A stretch of 64,000 bases of DNA, from positions 95,666,001 through 95,730,000 of the forward strand of contig OZ024745.1 of NCBI GenBank assembly GCA_964016885.1, given 5' to 3'. The stretch comes from Eledone cirrhosa (Eukaryota). This document shows, piece after piece, positions 39,667-51,694 of the stretch. The notes under the pieces were generated by a model, which was not told the DNA's origin, did not search any database, and saw only the letters and a list, made by a program, of their open reading frames with translations. The translations under genes were made by a program, and so were the position numbers. Positions within the stretch are counted from its first letter, which is position 1, and each line of letters starts with the position of its first letter.

Positions 39667-39970
39667 GGAGGCACATGGCTTAGTGGTTAGAGTATTGGCC
39701 TTGCAATCGAAAGGTTGTGAGTTCAATTCTCAGACCGGGTGATGTGTTGTTTCCTTGAGCAAGACACTTTATTTCACATTGCTCCAGTTTACTCAGCTGT
39801 AGAAATGAGATGATAGGGACTGGGGTCCCTATCATTCCACCCCAAAGTGGTCGTGGAGGTGCCACAGCAAAATAAGCACCCAGCACTCACTGTAAATGAG
39901 GTTGGTGTTAGGAAGAGCATCCAGCTGTAGAAATCAAGCCAGAATCAGTTCCCGTTCCACCCTTGCTAGC
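39667..39970 (+). mobile_element. CORE-type SINE with RTE family B 3' tail
   Basis: A and B boxes, CCTTGAGCAAGACACTTT, then GCACCCAGCACTCACTGTAAATGAGGTTGGTGTTAGGAAGAGCATCCAGCTGTAGAAATCAAGCCA as in the family B UTR. Confidence 0.85.
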
Positions 39971-40947
39971 TAGTATTGGTCATGTCATCACAGACCAGTC
40001 AGTTCTCAACCTTGGGGTCCAACACAAAATTGTGTGCATTATTGTCACTAACACTAGGGAAGTTGTTATATCCTCAACACAGCTGAAGAGTGCTCCCAAC
40101 CCTTTATTTGTCAGGTTTTCTAAGGGTTAATGCCTTTCCTATCACCAACCACTTTACTGAGTATACTGAGTGCATTTGTCATATAACACACTAAGCATCT
40201 AATGCATAAATCACCAAGCATTTATTGTGTAGGAGTATTTAATTAAAACTTAATAGACTGAATCATAGAAAATGTTAAGTAAATTGGCAATGGATGCAGT
40301 ACTAATAACTATTTTCCACCAGTACTTTGGTGCCTAACTCAATTGTGGCTATCACTTGAGAAGTTAGAATCAAGCTTCCTTCCAGTAATCATATCAGTGA
40401 AAGCAATCCGAGACAAATACAATATACTAAAATTTGAATGTTTTACTCTGAACCAGACAGCAATCTCAAACCTTAACACACTAAGTACACTTCTTACACA
40501 GCCATAACAATAATATCATTTTCATAGAAAAAGTACAAAAAAAATAAATTAAAGAAAATAGTCACTTAATTACTGGGTAGATAATTTCTTAGTTTTCCCA
40601 TTCAGTTGCAATAACATTATACATTCAACAAATTCTACTCAACAAACTTACCCTTCTATCTAACTGGTATTGTGTCACAGTTCCAAATATTAACACTGCA
40701 ATTCTACCTAACACATCAAACATTTATATGCTATACAGAAAAAATCTTATTGTCATAAAAACAATGGTGTCATATAAATGTGTTTATTTTCAATTATGTT
40801 CCAAGTCACTGTTAAATCATAACCAATTTCATATCATTGTATGCCTGTGTATGTGTATATATGAGTATAAATGTGGATTTTGGGGGCAGTTACATAAACA
40901 ATATATATAGTTACATACATATATATACATATATATATATATATGGA

Positions 40948-41090
40948 TTTATTATAAGTACAAATTAAAGTTTAAGCAAAGAATCACTGCTTTCATTCTT
41001 CACTGGATCTTCTGAAACTCTTCGGGGGATCCTGTAAAGAGTGAAAGCAGTGATTCTTTGTTTAAACTTTAATCTGTACATTATAATAAA
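40948..41090. repeat. About 70 bp-arm near-palindrome (small fold-back element or long hairpin) between TA tracts
   Basis: TTAAAGTTTAAGCAAAGAATCACTGCTTTCA versus TGAAAGCAGTGATTCTTTGTTTAAACTTTAA; loop only about 4 nt. Confidence 0.85.
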
Positions 41091-41132
41091 TATTTGCTCT
41101 ACGGGTTTACATATATATATATATATATATAT

Positions 41133-41380
41133 GTCGGAGGTGAGTTTTATTGTAGTACAATAAAGCAATGCAGATATCGGATAAGTAGCACTCTACAGTT
41201 TGTAGGACTGGAGTATAAATAATATAAGATCAAAAGATGGTTAAAAGAGTTCCATGTATTTTATTATGCGCATTTCAAAAACAAATATCATCATGAGATG
41301 ACATTTGCGTTTTCGTCAGATAAAATAGGGATACATGATATGAAGGTTAAAAAACACTTGTGAATAGTGAAGTTTTAAAT

Positions 41381-41384
<4 letters not shown>
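41133..41384 (-). mobile_element. Solo Penelope-like pseudo-LTR or small non-autonomous ribozyme element
   Basis: 252 bp of unique sequence bounded by (TA)n on both sides; contains a complete hammerhead and an AATAAA near its 3' end. Confidence 0.65.
41257..41327 (-). ncRNA. Type I hammerhead ribozyme with long stem II and palindromic stem III
   Basis: UAUUUUAU-CUGACGA-AAACGCAAAUGUCAUC(UCAU)GAUGAUAUUUGUUUUU-GAAA-UGCGCA-UA-AUAAAAUA: 8 bp stem I, stem II with 15 of 16 positions paired, AUGCGCAU stem III. Confidence 0.88.
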
Positions 41385-41412
<28 letters not shown>

Positions 41413-41649
41413 TACATATATATATATATATAATCCTTATCGAGGCCTCTTCGGATTTTAGTTTTCACATTTATTATTAATATATATACACACACACATA
41501 AATATACACACACATACACATATATATATATATATATATCATCATCCGTCTTCCAAGCTGGCAAGGGTTAACTGTTTTATAGAACAAGTCAATACTTAAT
41601 CAGATATCATATTAACTGGGACCCAGATCTCTTTTACATATGCTCCAAA

Positions 41650-42617
41650 TCAACTGTCCTGACCCCAGATGGGGAAACACCACCTTTCTCAATCCTCGCT
41701 GGAATTTTACAGGGCGATACCCTTGCTCCGTATCTATTTATCATTGTTGTGGATTATGTTTTGCGCATGTCTGTGGATAGGATTCAGGATAGGGATACCA
41801 ACTACAGCCTAGGAGAAGCTCACGCTACCCAGCAAAATACTTGACCGACACCGACTTTGCTGACAACATCGCATTGATCAGTCGGTCACTAGAAAATGCT
41901 GAGAGTCTTTTGAAGTCATTAGAGCAAGCGTCCAACTGTGTTGGACTGTACCTCAACAAATCCAAGACGGAGTATGTGAACAGATGCGCAAACAGCCCAA
42001 ACTACCCCATCAGAACCCTTAATGATACCACCCTTAAGCAGGTGGACGATTACAAGTATCTTGGCTCATATATCTCCTCCTCCAAAAAAGATTTTCTAAC
42101 CAGGAAGGGTATGGCATGGTCAGCGTGCAATGACATGCACGCCATATGGACATCTCAACTTACCAACAAGCTAAAACTGGAAATATTCCAAGCAGCCATT
42201 AAGCCCATATTACTTTATGGATCCAAAACTTGGACACTAACATCACAACTTGAGAGGAGATTGGATGGCACATATACCCGCCTCTTAATGAGAATGCAAA
42301 ACCTATCCTGGAAACGACATCCCACCTTGTCTAAAATCTATGGCAAACTCCCTCGAGCCTCTGCCCTTCTAAAATCCCAGAGAGCTCAATTTGCTGGCCA
42401 ATGTCACCGTGCCAGCAATGAAATCATATCCGCTATCTTGCTCTGGAACCCTGACTCCAGCCTGACTAGGAGTAGGAAGCTGTCATTCCCTGACGTTATC
42501 TCTAGGGATACGGGAATCAGTAGACAGGACCTGGGGGCAGCGATGGGGGACGGGGAATTCTGGGGCATGAGAGTGAGATCCATCATCTCAACAGTAGTCG
42601 ACGAATGATGATAATGA
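41650..42617 (+). mobile_element. 5'-truncated RTE-like LINE, family C (no PHD insert)
   Basis: VLTPDGETPPFSILAGILQGDTLAPYLFIIVVDYVLR..DTDFADNIALI..DDYKYLGSYI..LLYGSKTWTL; TGATGATAATGA tail straight after the stop. Confidence 0.88.
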
Positions 42618-42760
42618 CATATGCTCCTGCACTTTACCGAGTGCACTGAACATTTTATCATAGCACTAGCACTAGAAAGGTAGACATGTTATGACTGAAG
42701 AGCATTCTCAACCAGACAAATATATACACACACACACACACACACACATATACATATATA

Positions 42761-43079
42761 AAGTGGTCGTGTAGGTGTCATGACAAAAAGCATCCAGTAC
42801 ACACTGTAAAATGGTCATGTAGGTGTCATGACAAAAAGCTCCCAGCCTACACTGTAAAATGGTCATTTAGGTGACATGACATAAAGCACCCAGCATATAC
42901 TGTAAATGTGGTTGGTGTTGGGAAGAGCATCCAGCTGTAGAAACCAATCCAAAGCAGTTCTGTATGAGCAAGGCATGGTCACTTGATCTCGCATTTCTCA
43001 CAAAAGGACAACTCATCGAACCCATGTTAGCGTAGAAAAATGGACGTTAAATGGTAATGATGATGATGATGACAATGAT
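42761..43079 (+). mobile_element. RTE family B-type 3' UTR fragment with three ~48 bp modules
   Basis: Three TGGTC(G/A)TGTAGGTGTCATGACAAAAAGC..CACTGTAAA-like units, then GGTTGGTGTTGGGAAGAGCATCCAGCTGTAGAAAC and GGACGTTAAA..(GAT)n. Confidence 0.8.
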
Positions 43080-45199
43080 ATGTAAAGAAAAGAATAACTC
43101 CTCTGGTGGTTGGTATTCTTTAATAGTTATAACAGTTTGTGTTCTGAGTACAAATCCCATCCAGGTTGATTTTGCATTTCATCCTCCAAAGATCAATAGA
43201 TTAAGTACTGTGAAGTGGATGCCTATATAATCGACTACAGCTTCAAAGGCATTATCACATCACAAAATCTAATAACTGAACGAAGTAAAAGCTGTGCCTG
43301 CATTCTACACAAACGTATACACCTGTACACATACTCTCACAGAGGTTTCATCTTCAAAATTTCACTCACAAGTCTTTGATCAACCTAAGGCTATAATAGA
43401 AAACAATTGCTCCAATGTTAATTGAACTCAGAACCATGTGGTTACAAAGCAACCCACTAAACCACAAAACTATACCTGTATCCATGTTCACACAGAGTAC
43501 TTTGATCTTTAGATGATTTTTTAAATATAGACATGGCCACTCTACGGTAATAACATTAAACATTTCTGGCAGATCCTTTTTTTTTGTTATTTTAATGTTT
43601 TTCTTGTTGATGTATCTATGTATTGTAACTAAACCCAATTACACCATTAATTTACACATGTAATTTTTTTTTTCTTTTGAAATGTTTGATAAATATCTCA
43701 CCATCTGCCTAACAGTCCTACACAATCTTTTCTATTCTTTTTTGTAAACAGGGATGGAAATATTGCACCTGTTTCTGATATTTTTTTAACTTATTCACCA
43801 AACCATCTTCAATGCCAACTATCTCGTTCTTCTTTTGACTTTTTTTTATTCACCAGTATGAAGGGTGCACGTGGGAGGCAAAGTCAATTTTTCTAAGCTC
43901 TGCAAGATTCTGGAGAGTAACTGCAGGGAATGTTCAGTTTGAATTGTTAGGTGTCAGTAGTTGGGGGTCTAGAGTATGAAAGCCTGAGTTGATAGGGTAC
44001 AAGCAACTAGGCAATATAATGGAATTTCCAATCTTGTCACTGATTCTGTGATCTATCTACAACCTATCTACAATTCTTAGCACTCAATAATATAATCCAT
44101 CAAGATAGAGGTAGATACTGAAAAATAGAATAACTCACTATTGTAAGCAGTAGTAGAACCACAACATTAATAAATGAACTGTTGTTATGGATTTTAAAGT
44201 TCTAAGTGAAATATTACTGAAATCAGTATCACTAGTTACAGAGGACTTACAAAGGCTTAGACACAGTCACTTCTTCCAGTTTGAACCACTGAAAATATTC
44301 AATTTTAAACAAAAGTTATTTTGACAGACTGAGGGAATACTTTTTTCTCGGTTGTATACTATAATGACATGGATATCTAAAATAAGCATCAGCCCAGAGG
44401 AGGATTCCATAAGGAAACTTTTTTGTTTTTAAAGTTTTAAGAAATAAATATGAGCAGAAATGAAAGGATAGCAATTTGAGGAATGATTTAGAGAAAGTGT
44501 TCAGTGTAAGATCTATAATTTAAAACAAACTTAGGATGATGAGAGAAGCAGAAGCAAATACTTTAACACTATTGATGGCAACTCATGTCAAACTGGCTTT
44601 GGTTCTATGAAATAAAACCACCCATTTTAAAATGTTCCTCTTTAAATTGAAATTTTTGAACATCACTTGTTAAGTTACTACCTTAGTAATGAACAATTTA
44701 ATAATTTTAGTAAATTTCTCAAAATTTTTCATTAGTTAATTTAATTAGAGAGTATTTCATTAGACATATAGTCACGAAAGGGTGAAGAAAGTTTAGTAGA
44801 ACCAATATAAAATCAGGACATTTGGAGGTTTAAAAGCCATTGTAATAACAGTAGAGAGGGCAGAGCTCAAAGGAAAGACATTATTTAATTATCTAGATGG
44901 TCTTATTGTAGAATTACACTTGAATAAGAATTCTCTTCAACCAGTGATTAGTAATTTGCTACAAGTGTTGTATGTTGGGTTTTCTGCCACAAATATCTGA
45001 AGAGAATTGTGTGCAACATATTTGGAAATTTGCTGAATTATGGAATTCTGATAATGTGTTTAACATAAAAGTGTTTGTCTTCATTAGAGTTGCAGTTGTC
45101 TTAAGCAGGTCAGCAAAGAAGCAGATGTGCTACTAGGAGTAGTTGGCATAAAACTGGAAGACACTACACCAAACAATAAGAGTTATTAAAGAATATATG

Positions 45200-45302
<103 letters not shown>

Positions 45303-46029
45303 ATGTATGTACACACATGTGTGTGCATGTATGTACACACATGTGTGTACATGCATATGTGTGTGCGTTTGTTCACATGTATGTGCAAATAAAAGTGTCA
45401 TGTGAAACATGAGATGCAGAAGTAAAATAGTGAGGTAGAAATTGAGAGTTTTATTTTTCTAGTCAGTAAATTTGTCAAGAATATAATTGGAAAAAGAGAT
45501 TTTCTAATAGTACTGGCTGCTGAAGATAGTAAAAGTTGGTTTCAATTTCTGTATTATTTGGGTTAGTGTGGGTGGATTGGGAAAGACCAAAATAGTTGTA
45601 AGCATTGTGGCTATGAAGAATGAATTTATAGAAAAGAGAGGAAAGTTAGATGTGCTTATTATAGGACAAAAAACTGCTTACTTGATGACTCTGTAAAGTG
45701 GTACATGTAAATGAGGTTCGTGAAGCAAAGATAAACTTTCCAAGTCTGACTAATAGAAGATTTTTGTTTATAATTCTTTCATTACCACATATATAATGAA
45801 ATACACCAATTAGTAAAAATAATTGTTTATATTTTAGGCACAAGGCCAGCAATTACTCAGTACATTACTGGTACTTTATTTTATCGACCCCGTAAGGATG
45901 AAAGGCAAAGTTAACCTCGGCGAAAAATAATATGATAGAAGATCAATATTTTCCTGCTTGGCTTTTATTACTAATTACTAGTTATTAGTATTATAGCTGT
46001 TAGTTTCATATTGATCACTTTCATATTAA

Positions 46030-46235
46030 CCCTTTAGCATTTGCATTACTCTATATATACTATTGTATTTTCATGGTAAAGGCTTTATCTTACATAATTA
46101 TCTTACATAATATCAAGTTTATGAGATTTTGATATTATTTATTTTAACATTGGTATGAGTGGCCAGTTATGGCCGGTTTGAACAGAAGAGGTGAGAGAAT
46201 TCTGGCCGGATACAGCCAGTGTGAATGCTAAAGGG
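46030..46235 (+). mobile_element. piggyBac-type MITE
   Basis: TTAA|CCCTTTAGCATT ... AATGCTAAAGGG|TTAA. Confidence 0.88.
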
Positions 46236-46392
46236 TTAAAGTATATTATGTTTATTTACTGTTTATTTAATCCAGTAATGAGAAGAAATCGTTATCCTTT
46301 TTTTCAGGTCAAGTATATGCCCATATTTAGGAAAATATGGTGAGGAGTCAGTTATATCTATTATTCAAGCTGACAGATGTATAACAGTTTAA

Positions 46393-46611
46393 CCCTTTAG
46401 CATTTACATAACTCTAAAAATTTACTAGTGTATTTTTGTGGTAAAAGCTTTATCTCACATAATATTAAATCTACGAGATTTTGATATTATCTATTTTGAG
46501 AACAATACTTTAACATCAGTATGAACAGCCAGTTATGGCCAAAGGCTACGGTTTGAACAGAAAGAGGTAAGAGAATTCTGGCCGGATACGGCTGGTTTAA
46601 ATGCTAAAGGG
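46393..46611 (+). mobile_element. piggyBac-type MITE
   Basis: TTAA|CCCTTTAGCATTTA ... TAAATGCTAAAGGG|TTAA, perfect 14 bp terminal inverted repeat. Confidence 0.9.
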
Positions 46612-49475
46612 TTAAATCACTATAATGATATTACTTTTTTCTATGATATAATATGGTGCTCTATATATTTCACAAGTATGTGTTAAAGACACCCATATGT
46701 TGCTGACACAAATATTGATAGCAAACAATGGTTACAACATATGACTGTCAATATTGGAGAATGTAATGATCAGTATTCAGCTAAATAAATGAAGTTTTTG
46801 TTCTTGAATTATTAAATTAAATTAAGCAGACAAGGAAACTATTTAATAATACTTAATTGTGAGGAGTAGAAAACATTAACTCGATGGCCAATATTAATTT
46901 AATCTGATCTTGGTGAATATGTATGACATTAACTGGCCCCATGCCATCAAAAATGATGACTAATTGTAATATCTATACATAATATAAAAAAACAGATGTT
47001 TGTTGGTTGGCTGGTTGGTTCCTTCACGCACACTCACACAAGTAATACAAACATACAAAGACACAGCTGTAACAAATCTTAGAATGTTGGACTTCTATAG
47101 TTTCTCACCCCTCCTCCTCAGTTATCACATAGGTGTGTGTGTATTAGACACCCCTTCCTTTCTCAGTCGATGTAATCACCCCTTTTTTCCAAAGTCAACG
47201 TAATCACCCCTTCCTTCCTCAGTTGACATAATCAAACCTTCCTTCCTCAGTCATTTCTTGTGTGTGATGGACAAATACACAAGTGTATTATATTAGTAGA
47301 TTTTCAAACATATTTCAGCCATACTACAACATCTTTTGTTAGATATTAATAAGATGACTCCTATATTGATGTACAATAATGTACATGTGTAGACATAACA
47401 AATTATTAGAATGATTGAAGGAAGAATGTATACAAGAATGATAGAGAAAAAGCTATGCTTTACTGAGGAGATACAATAAAACTGAAATATATCTGAGATT
47501 GTCACCCATACTTGCCAGGATGTTTTCTTTTCTTCACAACAAAAATATTAATTAGTTATTTTGTTTTCCTCATTAACTCTTAACATCATGTACTGCATGA
47601 AACCATATTAGTAAGATATTCTTTAAAAGCGTAAAGCAGCACTATGAATGCACCGCATTATATAATTAAAATCTTTAGTTTACTGCAAACGTTTACAATG
47701 ATTTGTCCACGGGTAAAAATACTATAAACATTTGAATTAACAAACCTTTTTTTAGGGTCTTTCTACTAAATCTTTATATGATATTAAGAGTTAATTATGG
47801 CATTCCTGATAATTACTTTTCATGCATATAGTGTACCTCAATAAAACCCCTCAGTCATTATCTAATTTAATAATTGACTTAACATTTACAACAGAATTTT
47901 ATGTTATAGATTATCAGATCTAATATTACAAAAAAAAAAAAAAAAAAAAGAGGTCTGAAAGACCATTATAATCTTCAGCCTTAATATAAATATTCTTGTA
48001 ACTGCTGTGGGGCAATTTGGAAAAACATGAAAATAACAATGAAAAAGCAACTTATAATCCCAATTTACAGATGTGAAATCCCTCAAGAAAAATATCCTCC
48101 ACTTCTAATGCCAACACTATTTCAATACCAGAGCATCTATCAACTTTATTAGCTTTCTTACTAATACTGTCATCATTTTATTTTATTTTATATACTACAT
48201 ACCACCATACTTTCATTTTAATATTGCTATCATTTCAGCTTGTCATGTGCCTGCAGTCATACTGAGAGGAAAATACAATATATTTTTGGTTGGGTTACTA
48301 CTGGGGACTACTTTATTTGATATTTCTTTCATTGTTTGTGATATTGGCACTTGATATCTAATATCTAGGTTATGTATCTAAGATAGTTACTATTAAATAT
48401 TGCATCTTGTACAAGAATGAAACCCATAGCACAGAATAGTTGTAATCCTTGGATTGATGGACTCGTTATTATTTTACTAACAACCCTATAATCAAATAGG
48501 TCACAGTGAACTCTGAGTGCCTATTTTAATAGAAAAGCACCTAACCACCCTGTGCTTCATGAAAGAAAGATGTAATTGCATGCTACATCATATATCCTCC
48601 TCTCAAGTCAGGTTATTTTGGAAAAGAATATCGACAAAACAACAATTCAATAGATAAATAAATAAAATAATAAAACAGAAAACAAAGATTCGTTTTTTTT
48701 TAAATATATGTAATTCAATTATACACAAATAAAATGTACTCCAAAGTGATTACAAATACTAGAAAGTATAAATCAACTTAATTGAGAATTGATTAAAAAC
48801 ACATTTTGTTAACTAGAGAAAATAAATTGTACGAAACAAATGACGAGAAAAAAATAAATCATCTCTTTCTGTCTATTGTATGATTCATGAAAAAATAAAT
48901 AGTAAACAGTTTCCTCTGAAGCTACTAAATTAAAATTGATTAAATAACAGGGCACAGGAATACTAGTTTTAAAGAAAACTGAAGTAGTCAACGATCAGTT
49001 AAATGTTACTTTTAACAATTAACTGAAGCCTGTGAAAGAAATAAAAACCAGGAAACCAAATGTTGATATTCTCATAAAGCCATATACAGGAAAAAAATAT
49101 TAATTGTGATCATAGTAATCATTCTAATGATTGCTTTCACTAATATATAAATGACTAACTGGTAAATTTGCTTCAGTCATTTTCAGATTAGCCCCACCCC
49201 ACCATCAGGTTTATAATGTTTGGAATCATACCCTAAGAGCATTACCTTTTTTCTAAAAGTTGAAAATTAAAAAGTTTGGCGAGTATGACCCCTCTAGTCT
49301 CAGACTGTGATGACTCATTCAACTCATGCCAGCATGGAAAGAAGGTGTATGATAATGATGATGAATCCTCAGGGCCACTGCTATTGTCCCAAAATTGAAA
49401 AATTGATAGCTAGAAATTGAGGACCATAGCACAAAGCATAGATTTGGGCCAAAAATGTTCCTGAAGAGACACTCA

Positions 49476-49559
<84 letters not shown>

Positions 49560-50042
49560 AGGTCGTTCTTCCACTTGATCATGGTCAAGTCATCCAGTGA
49601 CTAAACCAGCAACGTCACCTGCAAGATGAAAAACAAAACCAGTCAAGAGCTGGAGAAACTCAGGAGAGTCAACGGCCATCCAATAAAGTTTTTTTTTTTT
49701 GTGAAGTGAGAGACTCCTAGTCTTCATTAAGACATCTCTCTAGAAAAAGGCCACTCTGATATAAAACCTGCGATTTTATTTGCATCCAATGATGTGGACC
49801 AGCTTGGGGGCAAATGTATTTGATGTTCAGATAGTGGGATTGACCCCATGCAAAGCCTTTCCTCACTTAAAAAAGCTTCAAGCACTGGCATCGCTTGATA
49901 TGTGATATTTATGGCATTGCTGGCCATAAGTAAGTCCCTAGCAGAACTAAAAAGCCATGTCTGTGATGCTCATGCTTATGTATCAAATGATGGCATTACT
50001 CGAAATTTGCAGCCATCATATGTGTCTGCGTGTGTAATCCAT

Positions 50043-50305
50043 TTGCTTTTCTTATGAAAAGCTGCCACAATACCTATATTAATTATAAAATAAATTACTC
50101 TTATTGATCAAAAGAAAATGTAGACAGAGATGTCTGCAGGAATTGAGCATCTGCTGAATGCTGGACAGATCTAGCAGATGTGAGGTTTAATTCTCATTAA
50201 TGTCTCTGTCCAGACATTTTTCCATCTCTAGGCTAATTTATCCAATTTATTCAACTATTTTATAGTTAATATAAGCATTGCGGTAGCTTTTCATAAGAAA
50301 AGCAA
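50043..50305. mobile_element. MITE-like fold-back element
   Basis: TTGCTTTTCTTATGAAAAGCT..TATAAAATA versus TATTTTATA..AGCTTTTCATAAGAAAAGCAA; inner arms GACAGAGA/TCTCTGTC and CATCTGCT/AGCAGATG. Confidence 0.72.
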
Positions 50306-50384
50306 CTAGATTTCAAATTTTCAAACTCATGCCATATCTTTATAAATCTAATGGCTTGTATGTATATGTGTATATAAAGCATCA

Positions 50385-51288
50385 GACAAAATGCTTTGCA
50401 GTATTTAGTTATAGCCCTTTACATTCTGAGTTCAAAAACGGTTAAGGTTAGCTTTATCTTTCATCCTTACAGAGTCGATAAAATAAAGTACCAGTGATAC
50501 ACTGGGGTTGATTTAGTTGACTTTCCTCTCTCCTTCAAATTGATGGCCTTGTGCCCCAAAATTACTGGCCTTGTGCCTATACTAGAAATCATTATTATTA
50601 TTATTGTGGATTGGCAGTATCGGTAGGGAGTCGGACACCATGCTTTGCAGCATAGAGTTACGACCCTTTATAATCTGAGTTCAAATCCCACCGAGGTTAA
50701 CTTTGCCTTTCATCCTTACAGGGTCGATAAAATAAAGTACCAGTAATGCACTGAGATAATTGCTGGCCTTGTGCCAAAAGTAGAAACAATTATTATTATT
50801 ATTATTATTGTGAAATGGCAGAATTGGTAACGTGTCAGACATTATGCTTCACGGCGTAGAGTTAGGTCCCTTTACGTTCTGATTTCAAATCCTGCCATGG
50901 TTAGTTTTGCCTTTCATCCTTACAGGGTCAATTAAATAAAGTACCAGTAATGCACTGGAGTCGATTAAATCAACTTTCCCTTCCCAGAAATTGTTCGCCT
51001 TGTGCCTAAATCAGAAACTATTATTATTATTATTATTAGTGACTGCATATTGGTCATAAAAATATTTTGGACTGATGCAATTTCATTTCTTGCTTCAATA
51101 TAATTGTTTCTACTTTAGGCACAAGGCCAGCAATTACCCAGTGCATTACTGGTACTTTATTTTATCGACCCCGTAAGGATGAAAGGCAAAATCAACCTCG
51201 GCGGGATTTGAACTCAGATCGTAAAGGGACGTAACTAACTGGAAAGCATGGCATCCGACCCTCTACCGATACTGCTAATCCACCGCCC
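50385..51288. mobile_element. Cluster of four Meta-like SINEs: three head-to-tail on + (about 50385, 50605, 50808) and one on - (about 51104-51288)
   Basis: Repeated TTCAAA..CTTTCATCCTTACAG..AAATAAAGTACCAG..CCTTGTGCC..AGAAA(ATT)n. Confidence 0.88.
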
Positions 51289-51612
51289 TTTGAATATAAT
51301 ACTATGTGATAAGTAATTTCTCATAACTGACATATCCATACAACATCATTGTATTGAGTCTTTCACAAAAACTGGACAGACAGCACACAGGCACACAGGC
51401 ATTGTATTATATAGAGAGATATGTTATCAAATAAACAACAAAATTAGTATTTATAATGTTGAAATCCAAATGCAGAAGCCATTATAAATAATAATAGCTT
51501 TAGAAAATCTGGGCAGAAAAAGCAGCTAGCACCCGCTAGGGGGAATTGAACTCCAGCTGAGCGCATTGCCACTATTCCAAATGACAGCTGACAACAATTT
51601 CTCTCCAAATAA

Positions 51613-51694
<82 letters not shown>

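Noticed and set aside
41433-41480. Minus-strand CCGAAGA-GGCC as a hammerhead start
   Set aside because: Core is mutated and the sequence ends in (TA)n before any GAAA.
44992-45040. CUGAAGA..GAAA match
   Set aside because: Stems I-III do not pair; other CUGANGA hits near 35727, 37329, 40083, 49461, 53659 and 61898 also lack the remaining elements.
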